A stretch of DNA of 64,000 bases from Candidatus Woesearchaeota archaeon (GCA_018302545.1 JAGVZM010000002.1:2198-66197); one strand, 5' to 3'. Numbered from the stretch's first letter, positions 1 through 9,929 are shown. Notes: a model not told the origin generated them from the sequence alone. A program made the numbers and translations.

Positions 1-155
1 CTCTCAGCATCTAGTTCAGTATTATAAATAGAACTTCCTACATCATCCACTCTATAACTATCTAATACAAAACCAACATAAGCTCCTGCAAGAAAAATAA
101 AGATAGCTATTAAAAAAGCAGTTAGCAGCATAATTTTTCTAAATACTTTCACCAT
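1..155 (-). CDS. partial ORF (N-terminal part, runs off the window): hypothetical membrane/secreted protein
   Basis: ATG at 155..153, open to position 1; hydrophobic N-terminus MVKVFRKIMLLTAFLIAIFIFLAG. Confidence 0.3.
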   Translation of the reverse strand, partial: MVKVFRKIMLLTAFLIAIFIFLAGAYVGFVLDSYRVDDVGSSIYNTELDAE

Positions 156-1393
156 TTCTTTTCAGCTCCACTAAACTCTAAAATAAAAGCATGCAACCAT
201 TGCATACTTCTAAACAAGGGATATATAAAGATGTAAATAAGGGAAGGTATATAAAACTTCCATTTCTCGCCAACATATTTATGTGCTGCTAAGTATAGAT
301 ATAACCCTAAGAACAAAACAACTAAACTTGGAAAAAGTAAATTCCAGTTTAAATTTAAAATAAATTGAAGGAGTGTAGGAAAATCAAATTCAAGAAAAGC
401 AAGTTTCATTATATAAATCTTAAAAGCTAAATCAAGAAATAAAGTAACTATATGATAACCAAACAGACCAATAGAAAAGAATACACAAAGTAAAACAAAA
501 ACTTCTAAAGGAATTTGAAACATGCCTAATAGACCATAGTTTTTATTTAATATCATTTTTTTGTATTTTAAATTGTTATACATAAATCCTCTAAACCATC
601 TAACTCTCTGCATCCACATTGTTTTTATTTTAGTAGGCACTTGAGTTCTAAAATTGCCATGTTCACACATTACAATCCTATAATCATTATATCTTAGTCT
701 CATAGCAATCTCAAAGTCTTCAGTTAAATTGCCAACATCAAAGCCGCCAATCTTTTTTAAAATACTAGTTCTAAATAAACTAAGTGCATTAGTAATATGT
801 AGAGTATCTGCAGTTCCTAATAATTTCCTAACAAAAGCAGCCATTACATATTCCAAGTTTTGCATCCTAGCAATGAAATTTCCTTTATTCTTGATTAAAG
901 TAATAGCAACAACAGCCGCAACATCAGAATTATTTTTATCATAAAAATATTTAACCATATTTTTTAATAAATTTTTATCAGAAACAGAATCAGCATCATA
1001 AACCCAAAAATATTCTCCAGTTGCTTCCTTGAGAGCAGTATTCAATGCTCCGCCTTTGCCTAAATTTTGATTGTGTTTAATTAGTTTAATTTTAAACTTA
1101 GACTTAGAAATAAAATTATTAAGAACTTTAATAGTATTATCCTTACTTTTATCATCAACAACAATAACCTCTAAATTATTAGTAGGATAATCCTGAGAAA
1201 AAATGGATTTTAAAGTTTGAATAACAGCTTTTTCCTCATTCCAAACAGGAACAGCAACAGTAATATTAGGAAAGGTTTTGAGATCTGGGAGTTTCTTATC
1301 ATAATATTTAGTAGCAAAGTTAAGTATAATCCATAGTATAGCTACAAAAGTAGATATAAATGAGATAATCCAAATATAAATTTCAAATAGCAT
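149..1393 (-). CDS. membrane-bound family 2 glycosyltransferase (processive GT2, cellulose-synthase-like)
   Basis: N-terminal TM, GT2 motifs VAVPVWNEE...VVDDKSKDNT, DAD, QRVRWFRG; C-terminal TM helices. Confidence 0.75.
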   Translation of the reverse strand: MLFEIYIWIISFISTFVAILWIILNFATKYYDKKLPDLKTFPNITVAVPVWNEEKAVIQTLKSIFSQDYPTNNLEVIVVDDKSKDNTIKVLNNFISKSKFKIKLIKHNQNLGKGGALNTALKEATGEYFWVYDADSVSDKNLLKNMVKYFYDKNNSDVAAVVAITLIKNKGNFIARMQNLEYVMAAFVRKLLGTADTLHITNALSLFRTSILKKIGGFDVGNLTEDFEIAMRLRYNDYRIVMCEHGNFRTQVPTKIKTMWMQRVRWFRGFMYNNLKYKKMILNKNYGLLGMFQIPLEVFVLLCVFFSIGLFGYHIVTLFLDLAFKIYIMKLAFLEFDFPTLLQFILNLNWNLLFPSLVVLFLGLYLYLAAHKYVGEKWKFYIPSLIYIFIYPLFRSMQWLHAFILEFSGAEKKW

Positions 1394-2842
1394 TTATTGA
1401 ACGCTCCTATTAATACTCCACAATCCAACATCATCATTAACAACTAAGGGTATAAAGTAATTACCCCCATAAGTTAACAAAAACATAAATTTTTCATTAT
1501 TGTTATTAAAATATCTTATTTTAGTTTTTTTATCAAACAAAATATAAGTCACATTATAATTATTAAAATAACTTAAAGTTTTATTTAAATCAGTAGAGTT
1601 CATTATGACTTCAAAGTCATTAATTCTCTGGTCTATATCTGAAACATAAAGAGCATTTTCATCTAAAAAAGTTTTCTTGTTAGCATATTTTATAAAATCA
1701 GCATTACGATAGCTTGAAAAAACAACATCTTGATTGTCATGTGATTTCAAAAGCTTAATAGCTTGAAAATAGTTTTGATCAGGAGAAAAATTAGGAAGTT
1801 CATTATAATAAACTAAAAATGAAAATAAAATACCACAAATCAATACTAACAAAGTCATAAATTTAAATATGCCAGATTTCCAATTGTGTTTAAATAACAT
1901 GGAAAAAGCTAAAGCTGCAAAAAAAGCCATTAAAAAGGAGAGATAAAACAAGATATAATGATTATAAAAAGCAAATAACAACAAAAAGAACAAAACAAGA
2001 TAAATAAAAATAAATCTATAAAATCTATTATAGTAAAAATAAATTCCGATCAAAGCTAAAACAAAAATGAAAAGACTAAACCCATATTTTCCGCCAAATT
2101 CAAATATGATAAAAGAGATTAAGTTTACAAAGGAGAATTCTCTTAAACCCAACAAAAAGTCAGGAGGTAAACCAATAAATAAAAGTCTATAAAATTGTAG
2201 AATAAAAGAAATTAAAAAAAAAGTTAATAGTAAAGAAAATTCCTTATAACTCTTCTTTGTATAAGCATAAAAAAGAAAACTAAGTAAAACAAGGAATAAT
2301 CCAAATATAGAAAAGAAACCACTAAGTAAAAAAGATAAATAACTTAAAATTTTTTTGTCAGTTTTAAATAAATAAAAGCCTAAAATAATAAAAAAAACAG
2401 AAGCAAGATACTTAGTAGATACAGAAAAAAAATATAAAAAAGTAGGAGAGACAATTAAAATTAAAGATGCCATAAACTTTAATTCTGGCTTTACTTTATC
2501 TACTAAAAGATAAAATAAAACAAATGACAAAATACCTAAGAAAAAAGGTAAAATCCTGACTAAAAGTCCTGGACTAAAGCTAATTAGATAATACCAACCA
2601 AATTCTTCTAAGTTGACTCTGCCCCCATAACTAAGTTCATCAAAATTATTAATAGCATTTAAATTAGAGTAATCAGCCAGTCTTAAACTATTATAACTAT
2701 CCCCATCTAGAAGCAATCCATTTGTAGAGTAAAACCTAATATAATGAGATAAGCCTAGTAAAAATATACATAAAACAAGGAGGATCCAAAAATACTTCCT
2801 AGCAGTGAACAAAGTAATACCTCCCTTCTCTAAAAGATTCAA
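1394..2842 (-). CDS. polytopic membrane protein, GT-C fold glycosyltransferase-like (PMT/ArnT-type)
   Basis: more than 10 predicted TM helices, DGDSY acidic motif in first loop, soluble C-terminal domain. Confidence 0.45.
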   Translation of the reverse strand: MNLLEKGGITLFTARKYFWILLVLCIFLLGLSHYIRFYSTNGLLLDGDSYNSLRLADYSNLNAINNFDELSYGGRVNLEEFGWYYLISFSPGLLVRILPFFLGILSFVLFYLLVDKVKPELKFMASLILIVSPTFLYFFSVSTKYLASVFFIILGFYLFKTDKKILSYLSFLLSGFFSIFGLFLVLLSFLFYAYTKKSYKEFSLLLTFFLISFILQFYRLLFIGLPPDFLLGLREFSFVNLISFIIFEFGGKYGFSLFIFVLALIGIYFYYNRFYRFIFIYLVLFFLLLFAFYNHYILFYLSFLMAFFAALAFSMLFKHNWKSGIFKFMTLLVLICGILFSFLVYYNELPNFSPDQNYFQAIKLLKSHDNQDVVFSSYRNADFIKYANKKTFLDENALYVSDIDQRINDFEVIMNSTDLNKTLSYFNNYNVTYILFDKKTKIRYFNNNNEKFMFLLTYGGNYFIPLVVNDDVGLWSINRSVQ

Positions 2843-4307
2843 AACAGAGGTTATTCTTAGTATAACTCAAACCATTTATACCATAGAATTCTTTGGTTTC
2901 ATCAGAAACATAAATAAAATTAATATTATACTTCCTCAATAAATCTAAAGCTAATGCTTCACTAGGAGTAGTATAAATAAGTTCTATATCCCTATATCTA
3001 ACAACTGGATCAGGAGCAACTGCAAAATTAGTGTCTATCACATTTTTCCTCATGCCATAATAATTTATTAGATTACCCTCTTCAAAATTTCCCAAGATAA
3101 CATGCTCAGGTAGAGTATTAATACTTAACCACTTAATTTGCTTTACTTTATTATCTGTTAATTGTCGAGAATTATTAGCAGAATCATAAGAAGGAATAAA
3201 AGATAAAAAAATAAAAGAGAATATTAAAACAACTACGAATACTGTTCTCAATCTAATAAACTTAAAATTACTAAAATAGTCATAAACCAAAGTAAAAGTA
3301 GAAGAAGAAAACACACATAGAACTAAACCTAAAAAAATTAAACCAATAGATATTGATAAAAATCTAAAAAAAAGCAATATTAAAACTGAAAGACCAAAAG
3401 AAGCAAGTAAATAAGCAAGTTTCTTCTTTTCTCTTATAACACTAACATAAACCCCAAAAGCTCCCAAAACTAGAGGTAAAAGACCCAATCCAAAGATTAA
3501 ATCTGTAGAGGAAAATTGTCTAAAGAGATCATTAAAAATATTAGAAGGGATATTATTCCAGAGCAAGCCTAATCCATGTTGCAAAATCATTTTTTTATAT
3601 ATTAAAAGTTGTAATAATAAGATTAGAAAAGAAGAGAAGAAAATTGCTTCCTTTTTAATCCTAGTGGAAGATAAAGCTCCTCCAGATAATAAAAAAAGAT
3701 ACAAAAAACCCATAAAAACAAATAGTAGAGAAGAAGGATGTAATAAAGGCAACAAAAAGGAACCTAGAACAAAAAACCAAAGATATTTCTTATCATCCAA
3801 TCTAGTCAAACTATATACCATAAGTAATAAAAGTGGCAGAATAAATGTGTAAATAGAAAGATTATTTAGAGTTTCATAAAATATTAAAGGATAAAACCCA
3901 AAAAGCAAAGAAGAGAATAAAGCACCAAAAGAATTACCGCTTATATCTTTAGATACTAAATAAACCACAAAAACAGTTAAAGAAATTGCTAACTCAGGAA
4001 TCAACTTCAACATAAAAACAGAACCAAAACTAAATAACGCCATTAAAATATGAAATAAATGAGGATAGATTACATCAATACCACCATAACTCAAAGGATC
4101 ATAAATCATTACAGTTCCTTTTTCTAATATGTGTTCAATATACTTCAAGTGAAAATAAGCATCATCGGTATTGAAATATTCTACCTGAAAAGCAAAGTAC
4201 ATTCTAAATGCTAAAATAAATAAAAAGATAAGTAAAAGTAAAATATGTTCAACTTTTATCTTCTTCATTAGTTTTCTCCCCAGAGGATATATTTTCACTA
4301 TTAACAT
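2799..4307 (-). CDS. polytopic membrane protein, GT-C fold glycosyltransferase-like (dolichyl-phosphate-sugar dependent)
   Basis: about 12 TM helices, NTDDAYFHLKY DD motif in first extracytoplasmic loop, C-terminal soluble domain; real start may be the internal Met (MKKIKVEH). Confidence 0.45.
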   Translation of the reverse strand: MLIVKIYPLGRKLMKKIKVEHILLLLIFLFILAFRMYFAFQVEYFNTDDAYFHLKYIEHILEKGTVMIYDPLSYGGIDVIYPHLFHILMALFSFGSVFMLKLIPELAISLTVFVVYLVSKDISGNSFGALFSSLLFGFYPLIFYETLNNLSIYTFILPLLLLMVYSLTRLDDKKYLWFFVLGSFLLPLLHPSSLLFVFMGFLYLFLLSGGALSSTRIKKEAIFFSSFLILLLQLLIYKKMILQHGLGLLWNNIPSNIFNDLFRQFSSTDLIFGLGLLPLVLGAFGVYVSVIREKKKLAYLLASFGLSVLILLFFRFLSISIGLIFLGLVLCVFSSSTFTLVYDYFSNFKFIRLRTVFVVVLIFSFIFLSFIPSYDSANNSRQLTDNKVKQIKWLSINTLPEHVILGNFEEGNLINYYGMRKNVIDTNFAVAPDPVVRYRDIELIYTTPSEALALDLLRKYNINFIYVSDETKEFYGINGLSYTKNNLCFESFREGRYYFVHC

Positions 4308-4812
4308 TTTCTGTTTTTTCTTCCAATACTTTATCCATTTTAATTTTTAATTGATTTTCAACTATGTCAAAATAATCAAAAAATTTGCTAGTTAATTTAA
4401 TTATTTTAGATCTACCAAAAGGTTCAGAAACAATAAAGTCTAATTCTTTCAAAAGTTTTATATGATCATAAGCTCCATTTCCCCTTATTTTTATTATTTC
4501 GCTTTGTAATGCTGGATTCTTATATGCAATAACTGCTAAAGTCTCTTGTGTAGCCCCATCAAATTCAGCTTCTTGTAATAATGATTGAGTCAGGTGAAGA
4601 TATTCTTTTCTTATATTCAATTTCCATTTATCTACCTGTTGGGTTATCTCCAAGGAACAATTCTTATTTTTGTAATCTTTCACTAATTCAAACAAAACTT
4701 CTTTCAAATAACCAACACTAGCAATTCCAGTCATCTTACTAATCTCATCTAATCCTATAAATCTACCAGTAGTAAACAAGATAGCCTCTACTTTATTTTT
4801 ATCTTCCTGCAT
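4249..4812 (-). CDS. scpB: segregation and condensation protein B (ScpB)-like
   Basis: ILFTTGRFIGLDEI and ETLAVIAYKNPALQSEIIKIRGNGAYDHIKLLKELDFI match ScpB winged-helix repeats. Confidence 0.55.
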   Translation of the reverse strand: MQEDKNKVEAILFTTGRFIGLDEISKMTGIASVGYLKEVLFELVKDYKNKNCSLEITQQVDKWKLNIRKEYLHLTQSLLQEAEFDGATQETLAVIAYKNPALQSEIIKIRGNGAYDHIKLLKELDFIVSEPFGRSKIIKLTSKFFDYFDIVENQLKIKMDKVLEEKTENVNSENISSGEKTNEEDKS

Positions 4813-4859
4813 GAGAGAAATAAAAACAATTTAATTTAAAAGACTTACGTAAGGTAAAT

Positions 4860-5255
4860 CTACCTAAAAGAATTAGGAGAACAAACTCTAAAGACAACAC
4901 CCTCCTCTCCAACAGACCTAACAAAGATATTAATTCCATTAATATTTTCAACACTATTAACATCTATATTCCCTAAAACCCCATTAATACCAAATGTAAC
5001 AACATCTGAAGTAAAGTCCTGCAAAATTATTGTTCTACCAACATTAGGAGCATTTAATGCAGAATTTCTTAAATTAGATCTAAAATCAACCCCATCACAA
5101 AGTTCAAAATCACTAGAATTGTTTTCACTTCCAACATCCTTAACAACATTTCCTGTAATAAGATCTCCACTTAAAATTTTATTTCCATAGAACCCTATAC
5201 TAAAAACTAATAAAACAATTACAATTCCAAAAACAGACCAAACCACTTTTTGCAT
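4860..5255 (-). CDS. hypothetical secreted/membrane-anchored protein
   Basis: N-terminal TM/signal MQKVVWSVFGIVIVLLVFSIGF; no recognisable domain. Confidence 0.35.
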   Translation of the reverse strand: MQKVVWSVFGIVIVLLVFSIGFYGNKILSGDLITGNVVKDVGSENNSSDFELCDGVDFRSNLRNSALNAPNVGRTIILQDFTSDVVTFGINGVLGNIDVNSVENINGINIFVRSVGEEGVVFRVCSPNSFR

Positions 5256-5291
5256 ATTAAGAATAAACCTAATATAAATATATAAAATTAT

Positions 5292-6389
5292 CTAAAGTTC
5301 AACAGAATACCTTAGTATAGCTGCAACACCACCAAGTTCTTTTAATTGGGATCCTTCTTTAGTATCAAGACTAATAATAAATACATTAGTTCCCGTTTCA
5401 TTAGCTTTTTCTTCATATTCCTCAAGTTTAGAAAAACTCTCACTTAATAATAACTTATCAACTGCCCCATATTCTAAAGATTTTAAAACATCGGCAGGAC
5501 CATAAACCGCCTTATCTGAATTTTTAGATATTAGGGTAAAAAATTCATTAACAATCTTTTTTTCCTTTACAACTTCAGCTTCAGATAAAACATCCTGAGA
5601 TCTTTCAACTAATTCATTTAAACCTTCTTCATCAGTATAAGAGATATCCTTAATTGCTAAAACTTTCTTTCTTAATTCAGCATGAAGATGATTAGAATTA
5701 AAAAAAGTTTCTTTTGTTGGACCCGGACCACCTATTAATATACCCTTAAGATCCTTCCCTATTGCAGCAAATTCAATATTCGCAACATCAGAAACTCTCT
5801 TATAAAACTCATTAGCTGCCTCTTCTCTCAATCTTGCATACCTTTGTTGGGACCAGCCACCAACTTTCAATTTTCCAGGAACAGTAGAACTAAAATCTCT
5901 AATTACTTGTATGCTTTTCCCTTTTAATAAACCAAGTGTAGCTTCTCTATTATCCAAAACAAGCAATCCGTATATTTCATTTATTTGAATCATAGAATCC
6001 AAAGGATCTAAAATAAAAGTTTGATCACATCTATACATCCTAATGTTAACAGGAACAGGAGGCTCAACACTCCAGACTTGTATATCTTGTTTTCCTTCCT
6101 GCTCTGAAACATTACCAGAAAAAGCAGCCAATCCATTAGAAGGAGTAACCTTAAATAATCTCAAATGTCTTATCATCCTTTCTAAAGCATCTTGTACATT
6201 CTGTCTAGTAGTCTTGTCTTTTATATTAGAAGCAGTTCCTTGTTCCTGTGCCAAATGTTGAATTATTTTATTAAGATCATATCCTATAGGAATATAAACT
6301 GTAATAAGCTCAGTATGTCTAGCTCTATATTTTTTAAGTTCATTAACAAATTTCCTTAATTTAAATTGATTTTTTGTGTCCATATTCAA
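5292..6389 (-). CDS. prf1: peptide chain release factor aRF1 (eRF1 family), with GGW in place of GGQ and NIKD in place of NIKS
   Basis: strong colinear similarity to aRF1: ELITVYIP, TASNIKDKTTRQNV (NIKS region), EIYGLLVLDNREATLGLLKGK, VPGKLKVGGWSQQRYARLREEA (GGQ region). Confidence 0.8.
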   Translation of the reverse strand: MNMDTKNQFKLRKFVNELKKYRARHTELITVYIPIGYDLNKIIQHLAQEQGTASNIKDKTTRQNVQDALERMIRHLRLFKVTPSNGLAAFSGNVSEQEGKQDIQVWSVEPPVPVNIRMYRCDQTFILDPLDSMIQINEIYGLLVLDNREATLGLLKGKSIQVIRDFSSTVPGKLKVGGWSQQRYARLREEAANEFYKRVSDVANIEFAAIGKDLKGILIGGPGPTKETFFNSNHLHAELRKKVLAIKDISYTDEEGLNELVERSQDVLSEAEVVKEKKIVNEFFTLISKNSDKAVYGPADVLKSLEYGAVDKLLLSESFSKLEEYEEKANETGTNVFIISLDTKEGSQLKELGGVAAILRYSVEL

Positions 6390-6403
6390 ACCCGAATTAA
6401 TTG

Positions 6404-8785
6404 CTAAAACTCTATTTTAAGTTCCTTTCCATATTTTATTTCTTTGGCTTGCGTAACTGCCTTTAAGTCTTTATCTAATAATTTAAGACTTGTATAACAA
6501 TTCAAAAGTTTTAAAGGTTCCTTTAAAGATTTACCTTTAGAAGACTTCTCCTTCCTAACAAAACTAACTACTTCTACAAATTCATTCCCAATTTTCTCAG
6601 ATTTCTTATCAACTAAATTTTTATCAAAAATAGGCCAGGTACTAATATGCAAACTTTTATCCTTCTCTTTATCCTTAAATATGTCTTGATATAACTGTTC
6701 TGTAATGTAAGGCATAATAGGAGCAAATAATTTTAAGATATTAAGTAAGCAAGTATATAAAGTAAATAAAGAACTATCACGTTCTTTACTCTTACCTTCA
6801 CTATAAATCCTATATTTAACAAACTCTAAGTAATTATCACAAAAATCTTTCCAAAAGAATATATCAATCGCAGCTTTAGCTTTACTATATTCATAAACTT
6901 CAAATGCTTGAGTGCAAATTTGAATAGTATTATTCAATTTATTCAAGATCCATTTATCTATAATTTCTAACTCAACTTTTTTCAATTTGTAATTATCCAA
7001 ATGTTGTCTTGCAAAATTAAAAGAGTTCCATAATTTAGTAACTGTTCTTTGTCCAGTACTCAATTCCTTCTCCAAGTATCTCAAATCATCTCCTAATTTA
7101 GAACCTGCTGCCCAAAATCTTAAAGCATCTGCACCGTATTTATCTAAAACTTCTGCAGGTTCTATAGCATTACCTTTACTCTTGTGCATAGCTTGCCCTT
7201 TAGGATCCAAAACATGCCCAGAAATAACTATATCTTTCCAAGGAAGTTTGTTATGATGATATAAACCTTTAACAATTGTATAAAAAGCCCAGGTTCTTAT
7301 TATATCATGTGCCTGAGGTCTTAAACTACAAGGATACATTTTATCAAAATCAAAATCATAAACATTATCCTTTACCCAATTTAAAATAATTTGAGGAGTT
7401 ACACTAGATGTAGCCCAAGTATCCATTACATCCTTTTCTGCTTCAAATTCATTATTACCACATTTACATTTAGTCTTAGGCTTATCATTTAAAGGATCAA
7501 CAGGAAGTTGTTTTTCATCAGCAATAATAACTTCAGAACAGTTCTTACAATACCAAACCGGAAAAGGAACTCCAAAATGTCTCTGCCTAGATATACACCA
7601 GTCCCATTGCAAACCTTGAATCCAATGCTCATATCTTAACCTCATAAATTGGGGATACCAATTTATTTTTTTACCTTCATCAATAAACTTCTTTTTATTA
7701 TCCAAAACTTTAATGAACCATTGTTTTGTACTTAAGAATTCTATTTCTGTTCCGCATCTTTCATGTACATTAACAACTTGTTTAAGAGGTTCTTGTTTAA
7801 CTAAAACTCCTGCCTCTTTCCAATCTTCTAAAACTAGTTCTCTAGCCTCTTTTACACTCATACCTTTATACTTTCCTGCTTTATCATTCAATTTTCCATC
7901 TTTATCAAGGATATGTATAACCTCTAATTCTGGATGTTTCCTTACAAATTGAAGATCATGAATATCTCCATAAGGACACCAATATACTGCACCTGTTCCA
8001 AATTCAATTTTAGAGAAGTCATCAGCTATTATTGGAACCTGAATATTACTAATAGGAATTGTTGCTTTCTTACCAATTAAATTCTTATATCTTTTATCCT
8101 CTGGATGAACAGAAATAGCAATACAAGCCATCATAAGTTCAGGCCTTGTAGTAGCAAAAGTTATGTTGCTTCCCCCCTCAACTTCAACTTTTACATAATT
8201 TAATTTAGATTCTCTTTCTTTGTCTTCCAAATCAGCTTGAGCTATAGCTGTTTGACAATGAACACACCACATAGTAGCGTCCTCACTTTGATAAACTAAT
8301 TTTTTCTTGAATAGATCAATGAAAGATTTTTGAGAAGTCCTTATGCAATGCTCATCTATCGTAGAATAAGTTTTAGAAAAATCACAGCTCATACCCACTA
8401 ATTTCCAATCATTAATAAAATCAGGTTTAATTTCCTCAATAGTCTTTTCACATAATTCTACAAATTCATGTCTACTCATTTTTGTAGACCTAACGTTCTT
8501 TAATTTCTCAACTAATTTCTCTGTAGGTAAACCATTATCATCTGTACCAAAAGGAAAAAAAACATTATCTCCTTTCATTCTATGATATCTAACAACAATA
8601 TCTTGTTGTGTATAACTAAAAGCATGTCCTAAATGCATCTTACCAGATACAGTAGGAGGAGGAGTATCTACAACATAAGGTTTAGCTTTAGATTTTTTAT
8701 TAAATACATAAACCTTTTCTTTTTCCCAAAATTCTCTCCATTTCTTTTCTACATCCTTAAAAACATATTTATTGTTACTATTCAT
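6404..8785 (-). CDS. valS: valine--tRNA ligase (ValRS), class I
   Basis: VVDTPPPTVSGKMHLGHAFSYT (HIGH), KMSKSKGN-like MHKSKGN; start taken at MNSNNKYVF (longest ORF extends to 8866). Confidence 0.8.
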   Translation of the reverse strand: MNSNNKYVFKDVEKKWREFWEKEKVYVFNKKSKAKPYVVDTPPPTVSGKMHLGHAFSYTQQDIVVRYHRMKGDNVFFPFGTDDNGLPTEKLVEKLKNVRSTKMSRHEFVELCEKTIEEIKPDFINDWKLVGMSCDFSKTYSTIDEHCIRTSQKSFIDLFKKKLVYQSEDATMWCVHCQTAIAQADLEDKERESKLNYVKVEVEGGSNITFATTRPELMMACIAISVHPEDKRYKNLIGKKATIPISNIQVPIIADDFSKIEFGTGAVYWCPYGDIHDLQFVRKHPELEVIHILDKDGKLNDKAGKYKGMSVKEARELVLEDWKEAGVLVKQEPLKQVVNVHERCGTEIEFLSTKQWFIKVLDNKKKFIDEGKKINWYPQFMRLRYEHWIQGLQWDWCISRQRHFGVPFPVWYCKNCSEVIIADEKQLPVDPLNDKPKTKCKCGNNEFEAEKDVMDTWATSSVTPQIILNWVKDNVYDFDFDKMYPCSLRPQAHDIIRTWAFYTIVKGLYHHNKLPWKDIVISGHVLDPKGQAMHKSKGNAIEPAEVLDKYGADALRFWAAGSKLGDDLRYLEKELSTGQRTVTKLWNSFNFARQHLDNYKLKKVELEIIDKWILNKLNNTIQICTQAFEVYEYSKAKAAIDIFFWKDFCDNYLEFVKYRIYSEGKSKERDSSLFTLYTCLLNILKLFAPIMPYITEQLYQDIFKDKEKDKSLHISTWPIFDKNLVDKKSEKIGNEFVEVVSFVRKEKSSKGKSLKEPLKLLNCYTSLKLLDKDLKAVTQAKEIKYGKELKIEF

Positions 8786-9011
8786 TTTATCAACTCCAAA
8801 TAAGATGGTATATAAAATATAATGTAAATGCAATAGCCTAAAGGCTATGCCACCACTACAGAACAAACTAATAAAAACAATACAACACTGAAATTATTGT
8901 TTCTAATCATAAAAAAAAGATAATTAAAAGATATTAAAACCTTTCGATTGAAAACATTTTTAGATTTTAAATAAAAAAGACATAAAAAACTATAATGAAA
9001 AACAGCAAAAA

Positions 9012-9020
9012 CTTTAATAA
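9012..9020 (+). promoter_or_regulatory. TATA-like box upstream of tRNA-Phe
   Basis: CTTTAATAA about 26-34 nt upstream of tRNA 5' end. Confidence 0.3.
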
Positions 9021-9045
9021 GAGTAATTTAATCAAAAACAATATT

Positions 9046-9169
9046 GGGCCTGTAGCTTAACCTGGGAAAGTACACGACTGAAGCTCGTGTTATTGTGACT
9101 GATTAACAGGAATTGTTAGTTGGCAATAAGGTTCAAATGAGCTTGTCTCTGAAATTCCCACCGGGCCCA
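9046..9169 (+). tRNA. tRNA-Phe (anticodon GAA) with two predicted introns in the T-arm (9098..9129 at 51/52; about 9139..9156 at 60/61)
   Basis: acceptor GGGCCTG/CGGGCCC, D-arm GCTT-AACCTGGGA-AAGT, anticodon arm CACGA-CTGAAGC-TCGTG; splicing yields T-arm GTGGG-TTCAAAT-CCCAC; both inserts flanked by 4-bp central helices and 3-nt bulges (BHB). Confidence 0.55.
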
Positions 9170-9329
9170 GATTTTAATTTAAATCCAAAAATAAGATAAA
9201 ATACTTATATCCTACAAAAACATGAGGGTATCTCAACTTGCATTTAATTGTGAATATACTAGAAAGAATTCGGGAATATGGTGCAAATAAAAGAATAATC
9301 AAACTTAAAAAGAAATCAAAATCTAAAAA

Positions 9330-9890
9330 ATGATGAAACATATAACTAACTTTATCTATGAATTAGGACAATTAAAAAGAATAAAACATGAGGGTTGGAG
9401 ATTGATAGGTGTTGAAAACCCTGAATCTGTAGCAGACCATACAACAAGAGCAGCACAAATTGCATTCATATTAGCAAATTTAGAAAATTACAAAAATCCC
9501 TATGAAGTTTGTACTCTAGTAGTTTTTCATGATATTGGAGAAACAAGAGTTGGAGACATACATAAAGTAGCAAATAGTTATATTAAAGTTGAAGAAGAAA
9601 AAGCAGTTGAAGATCAAACAAGTAAATTAAATGAAATTGGAAAAGAAATTTTAAAGATTTGGAAGGAATCAGAAAATAGAAATACTCTAGCAGGAGAGAT
9701 AGCAAGGGACGCAGATTTATTAGAACAGGCATTTACAGCAAAAGAATTAATAGAAATAGGCCACGAAAAAGCACAAGATTGGATAAATAACGTCACAAAA
9801 GCACTAAAAACTGAATCAGCAAAAAGATTACTTAAAGAACTACAAGAAATTAATTCCACAGATTGGTTCGATGGATTAAAAAAATTATGA
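9330..9890 (+). CDS. HD-domain phosphohydrolase (YfbR-like 5'-deoxynucleotidase family)
   Basis: H..H...HD motifs: VADHTTRAAQIA, VVFHDIGETRVGD. Confidence 0.65.
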   Translation: MMKHITNFIYELGQLKRIKHEGWRLIGVENPESVADHTTRAAQIAFILANLENYKNPYEVCTLVVFHDIGETRVGDIHKVANSYIKVEEEKAVEDQTSKLNEIGKEILKIWKESENRNTLAGEIARDADLLEQAFTAKELIEIGHEKAQDWINNVTKALKTESAKRLLKELQEINSTDWFDGLKKL

Positions 9891-9929
9891 ATAAAAAACT
9901 TTAAATATAATTCAAAACTAAAATTAAGT

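Noticed and set aside
729-944. Short antisense ORFs throughout, e.g. 729..944, 3664..3852, 6043..6261, 7713..7952, 9614..9976, 9979..10170, 13057..13248, 14294..14506, 15026..15223, 15353..15694, 15544..15777, 15683..15913, 16340..16546, 19079..19270, 20435..20650, 22200..22460, 22545..22733, 23280..23789, 23799..24086, 24227..24589, 24679..25032, 25025..25390, 25853..26071, 26991..27218, 31727..31933, 34415..34702, 35946..36218, 38785..38991, 41188..41370, 42156..42392, 43536..43793, 46163..46360, 46730..46924, 49251..49496, 50122..50307, 51163..51348, 54854..55057, 56020..56250, 56342..56554, 61932..62123, 62598..62873, 62938..63360
   Set aside because: All lie inside or antisense to longer ORFs with clear homology or better coding character; typical spurious ORFs of an AT-rich genome.
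9091-9160. Separate ncRNA or degenerate 3' half downstream of the tRNA-Phe 5' half
   Set aside because: The two-intron model yields a perfect T-arm and a 74-nt mature tRNA with BHB-compatible junctions.
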